A stretch of 64,000 nucleotides of DNA, taken from Geosiphon pyriformis uo1 (Eukaryota; Fungi; Glomeromycota). The stretch lies in NCBI GenBank assembly GCA_016748015.1, contig JAAOMT010000503.1:145325-209324 (forward strand), given 5' to 3'. Below are positions 1 through 11,291 of this stretch, piece by piece. Numbering within the stretch: position 1 is the stretch's first letter; each line of letters opens with the position of its first letter. The position numbers and the translations under genes are program-made. The notes beneath the pieces were generated by a model that made no database searches, had not been told where the DNA came from, and saw only the letters and a program-made list of their open reading frames with translations.

Positions 1-563
1 TTGGTAGCTAATCAATTTCGAAATGTTAGTTGGGTTTTGAAGATTTTCCAAGTACAATAATTAAAGAATTTGGTTTTTCAAATTATTTGATATTTATTTC
101 TTTTTGTGTGTAGAGGGATGGTTTTTAAGAGATAAATCTAAGATAAGATACATTTTCTCAAAGAGAGGAGCTCTTCTTTTATACAACTTGTCGTAACACT
201 ATTCTATGAACTTGAACTTTGCTATTTTCTAAAATTTCACTGAACTAAAGATACATTTCGGCAAATTACAAGTTATTTTGGCAAACTATTAGATATTTCG
301 GTGAACTATCAATTATTTCGGCAAATTTCTACAAATTTTGGTGAACTTCTGAATGTTGCATAGTTCGGGGTATTGCATGATTGATTATCGCAATTAAGTT
401 ACATTTGTGTTGTGTACAATTTGGGTTATTAATTAAATGATAATTTCAGACATTTTTGCTAATGTAATAAGTGATCATTTGAAATGATAATATATGCTAA
501 TTAATGATAGGAATTATAAGATAATTTCATGCTAAATAATATCTCTAATTTTGTCTGGTAACA
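1..563 (-). repeat. 3' LTR of element A (partial)
   Basis: Begins TGTTACCAGAC at 563 on the minus strand, directly after the PPT; matches the 5' LTR. Confidence 0.95.
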
Positions 564-1085
564 TAATCTCCTCCTCAAGACTGAGCTCCATCGAAGTCCA
601 AGTACTGTCTGTTATTTCCAGATAATAATCCAAAATTATTGAAGAAATTTGGTCTGAAAATTGTTGAAATTTCAGTTCTGTGAGCTTTCCAATGTATTAA
701 ATCTTCAAAGGTTGAAAAATTGGGTTTTGTAGTACGTTTTCACAGGTGTGGAATAGGTCATAAAGTCTAAGAGCAGCTCTAAGCCTGTAGCGACTGTTTG
801 TTGATCCAGTTGTTGTTTTGAATTCGTTGTGGAGTTGTTTCTGAATAGCCTCTTTTGTAATATTTGCTGTTGTAAGTTCCAGTTTCCATTCGTAGAATGT
901 TTTTCCTATGTGAAAATATCTATAGATTGGAGGATATTTAGTGTTTTCCTCATTGAGACACAGTTAAAGTTTTTGTTGAATTGTAGCATTTGGTAGAATA
1001 CTAATTGGAGTGGGCATTAGATTTTCTTTTAAAGCAAGCTTTAAAAGTTCTGGGAGGTGAATTCCAGTATAACTTCTTGTGTTTT
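532..1085 (-). pseudogene. ORF3 (env-position accessory ORF) of element A; N-terminus missing, two internal stops
   Basis: Manual translation ...LLKLALKENL...YRYFHIGKTFYE...YRLRAALRLYDLFHTCENVLQNP...IGKLTELKFQQFSDQI is collinear with the B ORF at 11292..11999. Confidence 0.8.
564..580 (-). promoter_or_regulatory. Polypurine tract of element A
   Basis: TCTTGAGGAGGAGATTA abuts the 3' LTR; B has CTTGAAAAGGAGATTA at the same position. Confidence 0.85.
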
Positions 1086-1151
1086 TTTTTTTTTTTTTTT
1101 TGTTTTTTGAGATTGTTTCTAAATTATAAGAAAATAACTAGTAAAATTAAA

Positions 1152-2537
1152 TTAAGTGTTCAGGTTGGAAGGTTGTTCAATGACAATTATTGGTTCTAAG
1201 TTTCAGAGAATGTCTTCAGGATTGACCAAAGGGGAATGTGTACCGATTTGTGGAATTAATGGTTCAGGATTGTTTCTGAAATGATAGTGTTTCAAACAAT
1301 TTCCATGTGCAACTTTTGCTAGGATTTTGTTATTAAGTCTTAGCTTGTATGATCCACTGCCTAAGACTTCATGGATAAAGAATGGTCCATCCCATTTATT
1401 TTCAAATTTTCCACTCCATTGTTTTTCAGCTTTAGTTCTGTGTAAGAGAACTTTGTTTCCAATTTTGAATTTATTGGTGACTGAAGGCAATTTGTTATCA
1501 TGCCATTCTTTTTGTTAAGCTTGGGAGTGTTCAATATGGGTGGCTGCTATTCATTGTTTTCCTTCCAATGTGCTAAGCAGAGTGTAGGCTCTTCGCTGAA
1601 GCATTTCTTGGAAATTGTTTTTATTGATCAGTTGTGCTGGGTATGTTTCCACTGTGAAACTAATTGGTAACATTGCCGTTCTTCCGTAAGTTAAATCAAA
1701 TGGTGTGTGTTTTGTGGTATCTTGTTTTAATGTCCTATATGCTAGTAACACTGATGGGATAAAGAGATCCCATTCTTGCTCAAAATCAGTTAAGACTTTG
1801 GCTAATAACTTACACAATGTTCTGTTAAACTGTTCCACAAGTCCATTTGTTTGTGGATGGTAGGGTGAAGACAGAGGTCTTTTGACATTGAATTGTTCAC
1901 AAATTTTTTGTATCAGGTTGTTCACAAAGTGTGTTCCCTGATCAGATAAAAGTTCAATTGAACATCTATGTCTACAAATGATGTCTTCGTAAATGAAATT
2001 TGCTACTGATTTTGCATCTGCTCGTTGAATGGCTCTGGCTTCAGGCCATTTAGTAAGATAGTCTACAGCTACTGCAATATAACGGTTTCCTTGAGTGGTA
2101 ATAGATAGTGGTCCAACTAAATTGATACCAACTCTGTCAAAAGGCTGTCCAACTTTGATTGGATTTAAAAGTTCTGTAGGGCGAGTTCCTTCTCTTCTTT
2201 GACAAATATCACAAGATTCGACATATTCGTGAATGTCTTTTCTCATTCGAGGCCAAAAGTAGTATTCTATTGTTCTTTGGGTGGTGCTATCTTTTCTGAA
2301 GTGTGCTGATGAAGGATCTGAGTGCATATTGTATAAAATGGTCTCTTTTTCCTGTTCTTGTATTAATTTGAGTGGTTTGGTTGGGTTTTTGAGATTTCGA
2401 TGATAGATAATGTTGTTGTGTAGAAAATATTGTTTGGCTTGTTGTTGTAACCAATGTTTTTCATCTGGGGACCAATCTGTTGGGATTGTTAATGTCTTCA
2501 AATATTGTTTGAGATTGTTGTAGTTTTCGGGGTTCAT
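1152..2537 (-). pseudogene. Integrase of element A (separate ORF with own ATG; premature stops)
   Basis: HHCC zinc motif (HSDPSSAH...CDIC); DDE core GI[N]LVGPL / SDQGTHF / GLVEQFNRTL; C-terminal KWDGPF (GPY/F) module; no chromodomain seen. Confidence 0.93.
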
Positions 2538-2564
2538 TGTTTGTTGTTTTGATGCTGTTAATTC

Positions 2565-2897
2565 AAATGGGTGTTGGTTTTGTTTTCTGATCTTGCCTTA
2601 TTCTTGAGAGACAATCAACATTGGTGTGGAGTTTTCCTAATTTGTGGTGTACGATGTATTGGTAATTAGCTAAAAATCCTGTCCATCGGGTTTGTTTTGC
2701 ATTCAGCTGGGTGTTTTTGTTTTGAAGCCATTTAAGTCCAATATTATCAGTGATAATATCAAATTCTTTGGGTCTGAGATAAAGGTTGAAGTGATGTAGG
2801 GCCCAGATTACTGCTGCGGTTTCTAATTCTGTTGCGGGGTAGTTCTTTTCGGCTGGTTTTAATGTTCTACTAGCATAAGCAATTACTCGCTCATTTC
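2565..2897 (-). pseudogene. RNase H of element A (RT lies mostly in the gap 2898..3637)
   Basis: Manual translation VIAYASRTLKPAEKNYPATELETAAVIWALHHFNLYL...FDIITDN...NVDCLSR, a typical Ty3/Gypsy RNase H. Confidence 0.88.
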
Positions 2898-3924
2898 NNN
2901 NNNNNNNNNNNNNNNNNNNNNNNNNNNNNNNNNNNNNNNNNNNNNNNNNNNNNNNNNNNNNNNNNNNNNNNNNNNNNNNNNNNNNNNNNNNNNNNNNNNN
3001 NNNNNNNNNNNNNNNNNNNNNNNNNNNNNNNNNNNNNNNNNNNNNNNNNNNNNNNNNNNNNNNNNNNNNNNNNNNNNNNNNNNNNNNNNNNNNNNNNNNN
3101 NNNNNNNNNNNNNNNNNNNNNNNNNNNNNNNNNNNNNNNNNNNNNNNNNNNNNNNNNNNNNNNNNNNNNNNNNNNNNNNNNNNNNNNNNNNNNNNNNNNN
3201 NNNNNNNNNNNNNNNNNNNNNNNNNNNNNNNNNNNNNNNNNNNNNNNNNNNNNNNNNNNNNNNNNNNNNNNNNNNNNNNNNNNNNNNNNNNNNNNNNNNN
3301 NNNNNNNNNNNNNNNNNNNNNNNNNNNNNNNNNNNNNNNNNNNNNNNNNNNNNNNNNNNNNNNNNNNNNNNNNNNNNNNNNNNNNNNNNNNNNNNNNNNN
3401 NNNNNNNNNNNNNNNNNNNNNNNNNNNNNNNNNNNNNNNNNNNNNNNNNNNNNNNNNNNNNNNNNNNNNNNNNNNNNNNNNNNNNNNNNNNNNNNNNNNN
3501 NNNNNNNNNNNNNNNNNNNNNNNNNNNNNNNNNNNNNNNNNNNNNNNNNNNNNNNNNNNNNNNNNNNNNNNNNNNNNNNNNNNNNNNNNNNNNNNNNNNN
3601 NNNNNNNNNNNNNNNNNNNNNNNNNNNNNNNNNNNNNAATTTCTAAATTATTTAATAAAATTATGGGGTAATTATTGGGGTTGTAAAAAGTAACTCGGAC
3701 TTTCTTTGTTCCTTCTGGAATATAAATGTTTGGGATCAAAATATTATGTTCCAAGCAGATTTGTTCATTGGACTCAAAAATTTGTTGTGTGGTTGTTGGC
3801 TTTGTGCAAGTGTAAATTTCTGGATGTTTTCCAAAGGGTGAGATGGTAATTGGTTGTGGAAGTCTGAGAATCTGGTGGGATTTGTTCTGTGTGTTAAGAG
3901 CTATATTAACTGGAACTGTGAATC

Positions 3925-4352
3925 GTCCAGTTAAACCAAAACCTTGAGTTCCTCTATCGCTTTTTCCTAATTGTTCTCTTTGATTGACTAGTTGCAAACC
4001 CGAAATGTTGATTAAGGATAGGTAAATAGCTTGGGCAATTTTTTCAGCATGTTTGATCTTGAATAGTTTGTCAGTCTCATTTTGAAGCATCACTGTTATG
4101 TCTTCAGTATATCCAGCATCGATTATTCCTCCTCTGACATTGATTCCTTTGCTTGCCAGAGAGAACCAAGAGGCGATTTGAACCATTGCTCTTGGTGGGA
4201 TTTTGAGTGCAATTTTGAGATTGATTTTTGTGAGAGATTTGGGTTTGAGAACAAGAGTATCCTTGCCTGGATATCTTAGGTCATATCCAGCATCAATTTC
4301 ATGTGCTTTTTCAGGTTTTATTCCTTGTCCGTTGTTGTTAAAGTATTTAAGT
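3925..4352 (-). pseudogene. dUTPase domain of element A
   Basis: Trimeric dUTPase motifs DAGYDL, [R]SSL-like (ASWFSLASKG), GGIIDAGY, KIAQAI, RGTQGFGLTG. Confidence 0.9.
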
Positions 4353-4439
4353 TGTAAGGCAGGCTGATTTTCGATAAGGTAGATGAGTGTTGTTTCAATT
4401 TCTTCCATTTCTTCAGGTTCTCCAAATTCAATTTCATTC

Positions 4440-5075
4440 TCATTATTTTCGCTGGGCAAGGGGATACTAAGAGCATAGCATTCGGAACACCATTGTTCAT
4501 CGCAAAGCAAAGTGCATTCTTCACATAGCCTAATGTTCATTTGCTCTAATTGTTGAATTTGAGCTTCTTGGGTCAGGTAGGTGTGACTTGCAATTTGGTG
4601 ATAGACTTCTACTTCATCTTCATAATCAAATCCAGCTAATTCCATAGTGTATTCAATGTATTCTGCTTCTTTCATCTGACGAACATCTTCTTTGGTAGCT
4701 CCATTAATTAATGCCATTGCTAAGTCAAAAATCATCTCGGCATCATGAGGGTAGTGATAAAGTTTGTTGAGAGCACTGTTGTATGCTGCATTAAAGGGTG
4801 TTCCTCTTTTTACTTTTTCTGAAATTGATAAGACATATTGGCAGGTCTGATCACAGATGCCTCTTCTCATTGCTACATCAATCCAATTGCATTCTTCTGG
4901 TAGCATATCTCCACAAGTCAAACAAGCAGTGTTGTCCCATTTTCTGCTCCTTTTTATTAGATGGCCCCATTGTTCTCTGTGGCAAGCCTTGCAGTAATAA
5001 CAAGTGTGATTCTCATATTCTTCTTCAGGTGAAATGCAGGCTCTCATTGACGATAATTTCTTGTGGCAGTCCTTA
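4440..5075 (-). pseudogene. Cys-rich putative zinc-binding domain between protease and dUTPase (element A)
   Basis: CYYCKAC, CLTCG, ICDQTCQY, CEECTLLCDEQWCSEC; the same pattern recurs in C and D. Confidence 0.7.
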
Positions 5076-5194
5076 CATTTAAGGAGAATATAGGGGCATT
5101 GTTTTCTTAGTTCAGGTTTTGAGTAAGGTATATTTCATCCAGAGGTTTCGGGTTTAGTGTGTGGGGTAAAATGTTCTTGTTCTGTTTCATCGGC

Positions 5195-7708
5195 CTAGTT
5201 GGACATTGATCCAAGAGCCATGAATGTTTCGATTATTGGTTTTTCTTCTTCTGGTTCAAATTCAAAAGCTGGGGCTTTTTCAGAGCGTTTGTTGAATGTA
5301 CCACAAATGGCAGGTACCCAGGCATGTTGTCCTTGGTAGGAAATTGTTAACTCTTGTGTTTCCCAGTTTAGATTAGCATTGGCTTTTTGAAGCCAATTAT
5401 TTCCGATGAGAGCTTGGTACTGGGGTGCATCCATTACAAGAACTTTGACTGGAATGGTGATTCCATCAAGAATGAATGGAAAATTGTCAATTTCTCTTAC
5501 TGGTGTCTTTTTCATGCCATCAGCAGTGACAATTACTGTTTGAGCTGGTCAGTCGACATTTCTTTTCAACTGTTGCATTAGCTGGTAGGTAATAATGCTT
5601 CCGGCGGATCCACTGTTTAGGATCAAGCAAATTGGCTTTCCTTCTACTTCAGCTTCTGTGTACATTGCAGTGATGGCTTTTTGCTCATTAGCCACTGCAT
5701 TGCTAAGCAAGAATGGTGATTCATTTGCTTCAAATTCAAAAGGAAAGATATCAGAGAGATTGGCGTTTTCAGCAATTCGGGCTGGTAGAATAGTAGTGTG
5801 ATTATGAAAAGGGTTTTGTTATTGTTGTGCTGCAGCTTTATTTTCCGAAAGTGTAGTATGGTAAAAATCCTGTTCTTCTGGCATTGTTAAATAACTGGGT
5901 TGAGTGTGGTAGTGGTTGGGTCTTGGTTGAGTGGAATTTCGGGGAACCAATTGGTTGTTCAGACTGATTCTATTGTTGTTTACTTGGTATCAGTTTTGTG
6001 GTGTGAATTGATTTTGTGTAATCAGTCTTTGAGCAGGCACTTGATAATGTTGTGTGGGTGGTTGTTGGTATTGCTGTTGGATTGGTTGTGGGGCAGGCTG
6101 ATAATAGTTATTTTGGTACTGGGATCTTGGTGGATAGTAAACTGGTGGTGATGGTTGATAATAAGATTGCTGTGGTGGAGAGTAACGTTGATTACCCCTG
6201 TTTTGTTGGTCTCGCTGTAGCTTTCTGCAATCTCTTTTTCAGTGGCCAGAAATTCCACAGTAATGGCAATTCTGGGGCTGGTTATTTGAAAGTGGTGCAA
6301 AGTTATTTTGATTTCGTCTTTGGGGTGGTTGATATCTTTGGGGTTGTTGTTGTTGTTGGTTGGTAAAATAGTTTTTGACCTTCTTTGTAAGTTGGTCAAT
6401 TTTTTCCTCAGCTGCTGAGCTGGTTTCTCCAATTGCCAAATTTACAAGTTTTGTACGATTGGCCTTTTCCATGGCTATTTCGTATCTTTTCGCATGCTTG
6501 ATGACAGAGTTTAAATCTTCTGGCGCATGTGGGCGAACCTTTTTAATTAATTTATCTTTTAGACCAGCAATAAATTGATCCAAGATTTGAGCATTGGAAT
6601 AATAATCATTTGTCTCGAGTTGGTGAATCCGTCTGAGAAGTTTGTTGAATTTCCCAATATAAGTCATAACGGATTCGGAGGGTTCTTGTTTGATATTTCA
6701 AAAACGATTGCGAAGAGTGATAGAGGTATTATTGTCAGTAAACTGTTCAAGGAAGGCTGCTTTGAAAGCATTCCAATCATTGAATGGGGTGGCAAGGTTT
6801 TCAAACCATTCTTCTGCTGTTTCTTTGAGAAAGTAGGGAATCGTTCTTAACATTCTGGCAATGTTCCATCTATTTGCATCTCCAGCTTTAGTAACTTGGT
6901 CAAGCCATTCTTGGGGACTGGTCTCAATATCTTCTCCATTGAATTCAGGGATTTTTGCAATATATGTTGTCATTTCGTATTCTTTGTTTTCACTGTCTAT
7001 TGATTCTTCTTCGGTTATTTCAGAGTTGTTTTCTTCGTTTGCTGCTGTCTTAGAGTGTTCACTTTGATTTTCAGCTAGAAAATCAAGAAGATTAGAACTA
7101 GTTTGAAGGGGTTCTTGTTGTTTGGTAGAACTTCTGAGTGATGTAAAATCTTCTGGTCTTGCAAATCGATTCAAGGGTGAATTAGGTGTTTGTGCTTGTG
7201 CAAGTGAAGCTGGAAAAGGTGTGATAGTAAGTGGAAGTTTTGAACTGGTTCCTTGTTTAGGTGTTTGTAAATGTTTGGCAGTTGTTTTTGGTAGTGTTAG
7301 AGTATTTGGGGTGGTTCTTGAATATTGCTTTAATTTGTTTTTGCCTTTGTTGCTTGTTTCTGTTTCCAATTCAAAATCGATAGTGTATTGAGACTGCACT
7401 GGATATGTTTCTTCACAGNNNNNNNNNNNNNNNNNNNNNNNNNNNNNNNNNNNNNNNNNNNNNNNNNNNNNNNNNNNNNNNNNNNNNNNNNNNNNNNNNN
7501 NNNNNNNNNNNNNNNNNNNNNNNNNNNNNNNNNNNNNNNNNNNNNNNNNNNNNNNNNNNNNNNNNNNNNNNNNNNNNNNNNNNNNNNNNNNNNNNNNNNN
7601 NNNNNNNNNNNNNNNNNNNNNNNNNNNNNNNNNNNNNNNNNNNNNNNTGCAGTGGGTGTAAATTGATTGGTAATACTCTAGAGTTGTTGCGTCTGGTGTG
7701 GTCACCAC
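5195..7708 (-). pseudogene. gag (N-terminal extension, capsid, CCHC knuckle) and aspartic protease of element A
   Basis: Capsid-like IAKIPEFNGED...EWL...FKAAFLEQF...QFIAGL; knuckle CHYCGISGH; protease LIL[D>N]SGSAGS...ALIGNNWL; internal stops. Confidence 0.9.
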
Positions 7709-7733
7709 TTTGAATTTGTTTTTGCTGTGTTAT

Positions 7734-7751
7734 TTCCGTGGGAGAGCACCA
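7734..7751 (-). promoter_or_regulatory. Primer-binding site of element A
   Basis: TGGTGCTCTCCCACGGAA just inside the 5' LTR end; complementary to a tRNA ending ...GAGAGCACCA. Confidence 0.8.
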
Positions 7752-7753
7752 AA

Positions 7754-8732
7754 TGTTACCGGAGGTTTTTGGTCTCTTTTCTTAAATGTTGTTGATGCTT
7801 GTTTGCTGTGAATTCACGTTTTCTGGATGTAGTTGAACCTCCAGTAACTGAATTTATCTTCAAATTATCTCCTATAATTTGAACTGCTGGGCTTATAAGT
7901 GGAATGGCCAATTCCTTGCCAGTTGCTTTATGTAGTTACATTGTAGTAAACGTCAACTCTTTCCCAGGAATTGCTCATCTGGAAGCTCACTAAAAATGTG
8001 TAGTTACTTTACTGTGAAAGTCAACTCTTCTACAGGGATCTCGTCTGTAGGCTACCCTAATGGTTGTAATAAGAAAAGAAAATAAAATAAAAGAAATGTA
8101 AAAGAAATAGAATTCTGTCAAGGGAAACATTTTCTATCCAGGCCTGGAGTTACTAACAGTTTACTGAAATTGGTAGTTAATCAATTTCGAAATGTTAGTT
8201 GGGTTTTGGGGATTTTCCAAGTACAATAATTAAAGAATTTGGTTTTTTAAATTATTTGATATTTATTTCTTTTTGTGTGTAGAAGAATGGTTTTTAAGAG
8301 ATAAATCTAAGGTAAGATACATTTTCTCGAAGAAAGAAGCTCTTCTTTTATACAACTTGTCATAACACTATTCTATGAACTTGAACTTTGCTATTTTCTA
8401 AAATTTCACTGAACTAAAGATATATTTTGGCAAATAACAAGTTATTTCAGCAAACTATTAGATATTTCGGTGAACTATCAATTATTTTGGCGAATTTCTA
8501 CAAATTTTGGCAAACTTCTGAATGTTACATAGTTCGGGGTATTACATGATTGATCATCGCAATTAAGTTACATTTGCGTTGTGTACAATTTGGGTTATTA
8601 ATTAAATGATAATTTCGGACATTTTTGCTAATGTAATAAGTGATCATTTGAAATGATAATATATGCTAATTAATGATAGGAATTATAAGATAATTTCATG
8701 CTAAATAATATCTCTAATTTCGTCTGGTAACA
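7754..8732 (-). repeat. 5' LTR of element A
   Basis: Inverted termini TGTTACC / GGTAACA; matches 1..563. Confidence 0.95.
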
Positions 8733-8800
8733 ATACCAACATCAACACCAACAAAACACCAACAAACTTAACAACAAAACAAACAACAAGATTAACAACA

Positions 8801-11146
8801 ATGAATCCAGAAAACTACAACAACATTAAAAACTATTTGGAGACTCTCACCATGCCAGAAAATTGGTTTCCAAGTGAAAAACATCGATTACAACACCAAT
8901 CCAAACAATATTTTATACATCATAACAAAATATATTACAAAAATTGTAAAAACCCAAACCAACCACTCAGATTAGTACAGGAAAATGAAAAAGAAACAAT
9001 TCTATACAACATGCATACAGATCCTTCTTCAGCATACTTGGAAAGAGATAAAACAATTCAAAAAACTCTTGAACATTATTTTTGGTCTCACATGCAAAAA
9101 GACATTCGACAATATATAGAATCTTGTGATAATTGTCAAAGAAGAGGAGGAACTTGTCCCACAGAACCTTTAAATCCAATCAAAGTTGGACAATCTTTTG
9201 ACAGAGTTGGAATTGATTTAGTCGGACCATTACCTATCACAACCCAAGGAAATTGTTATATTGTAGTTGCAGTGGATTATCTTACCAAATGGCCTGAAGC
9301 TAGAGCCATCCAAAAAGCAGATGCAAAATCAGTAGTAAATTTCATCTATGAAGACATTATCTGTAGACATAGATGCTATTACCAGACAAAATTAGAGATA
9401 TTGTTTAGCATGAAATTACCCTTATAAATCTTATCATTAATTAGCATATATTATTGTTTCAAATTATTACTTATTACATTAGCAAAATGTCTGAAATTAT
9501 TATTTAATTAATAACTCAATTTGTACATAACACAAATGTAATCTAAGTGCAATAATCAATCATGCAATACCCTGAAATATGTAACATTCAAAAATTTGCT
9601 GAAATTTGTAGGAATTTGCCGAAATAATTAATAGTTCACCGAAATATCTAATAGTTCGCAGAAATAACTTGTAATTCGCCGAAATGTATCTTTAGTTCAG
9701 TGAAATTGTAGAAAAGAGCAAGTTCAAGTTGTATAAAAGAAGAGCTTCTTTCTTTGAGAAAATGTATCTTACTTTAGATTTATCACTTAGAACCATTCTT
9801 ACACACACAAAAAGAAAAAAATATCAAATAATTCGAAAAAAACCAAATTCTTTAATTATTGTACTTGGAAAATCCTCAAAACCCAACTAATGTTTTGAAA
9901 TTGATTAGCTACCAATTTCAGTAAACTATTAGTGACTCCAGGCCTGGATAGAAAACGTTTTCTTTGATAAAATCCTATTTCTTTTACATTTCTTTTATTT
10001 TTCTTTTCTTTTCTTATTATAAGCATTAAAGTAGCTTACAGACGAGATTCCTGTAGAAGAGTTGACTTTTACAGCAAAGTAACTACATATTTTTAGTGAG
10101 CTTCCAGATGAGCAATTCCTGGGAAAGAGTTGATGTTTTCTACAATGTAACTACATAAAGTAACTGGCAAGAAATTGGCCATTCCACTTATAAGCCCAGC
10201 AGTTCAAATTATAGGAGATAATTTGAAGATAAATTCAGTTATCGGAGGTTCAAACACTTTCCATAGTCGTGAATTAACAGCATTACAACAAACATACAAG
10301 AGCTAAGAAGAGACCAAAAACCTCTGGTAACAATGCTCAATTGAACTCTTATCTGATTAAGAAACACATTTTGTGAACAACTTGATACAAGAAATTTGTG
10401 AACAGTTCAATGTCAAAAGACTTCTATCATCACCTTATTACTCTCAAACAAATGGACTTGTAGAACGTTTCAACAGAACATTGTGTGAATCTCTAGCCAA
10501 AGTCTCAACAAACTTTGAGCAGAAATAGGATATCTTTATTTCATCAGTGTTACTAGCATACAGAATGCTAAAACAAGATACTATGAAACACACACCATTT
10601 GATTTTATTTATAGAAGAACAGCAACATTACCAATTAATTTCACAGTGGAAACATACCCAGTGCAACTAATTAATAAAAAAAACTTTCAAAAAACACTCC
10701 AAAAAAGAGCCTACACTCTTCTTAGTACACTGGAAGAAAAAAGAAAAATAACAGCAACTCATATTGAACATTTCCAAGCTCAACAAAAAGAAAGACATGA
10801 CAACAAATTACCATCTATTACCAACAAATTTAAAGTTAGAAATAAAGTTTTCTTACACAGAACTAAGGCCGAAAAACAATGGAGTGAGAAATTTGAAAAC
10901 AAATGGGATGGACCATTTTATATTCACAAAATTCTAGACAATGAATCATACAAGTTAAGACTTGATGATAAAATACTAGCAAAAGTTGCACATGGAAACA
11001 GATTGAAACACTATCATTCCAAAAACAATCCTGAACCATTAATTCCACAAATTGGTACACATTTCTTTTTAATTAATCTTAAAAATATTCCCCGAAATTT
11101 AGAACCAATAATTATAATAAAACAACAACCAAACTTGAACACTTAA
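8801..11146 (+). pseudogene. Integrase of element B, split by a solo LTR
   Basis: MNPENYNN...HTDPSSA...CDNC...GIDLVGPL...ICRHRC, then solo LTR, then SIELLSD...GLVERFNRTL...KWDGPF. Confidence 0.93.
9377..10332 (+). repeat. Solo LTR of the element-A subfamily with 4-bp TSD ATGC
   Basis: T(A)TTACCAGAC...GGTAACA flanked by ATGC at 9373-9376 and 10333-10336; removing it restores the integrase sequence seen in A. Confidence 0.95.
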
Positions 11147-11291
11147 ATTTTACAATAATTTTCTAATAAAAACACAAAGACAAAAATAGTAAATAAATTA
11201 CAAAAACACCCAAACCCAAAAACAAATAAAAACTCCATATTCCAAAAATAATTTTCTTTATTCTCTCTTTTCATAATTAGTCAATTTTATT

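Larger units (their letters stand above)
1..8732 (-). mobile_element. LTR retrotransposon A (Ty3/Gypsy type, dUTPase-bearing); 3' LTR cut by the window start; nested inside element B
   Basis: Near-identical LTRs (1..563 matches 8170..8732); termini TGTTACC...GGTAACA; PBS next to the 5' LTR and PPT next to the 3' LTR; domain order gag-PR-dUTPase-(RT in gap)-RH-IN. Confidence 0.95.

Noticed and set aside
2891-5047. 718-aa ORF, and the other ORFs spanning X runs near 7388-7713
   Set aside because: Lengths are artefacts of N gaps; only the unambiguous parts are interpretable
10100-10135. Hammerhead ribozyme (CAGATGAG...GAAA)
   Set aside because: The core reads CAGAUGA rather than CUGANGA and no stem II closes before GAAA; reported only as a structured motif
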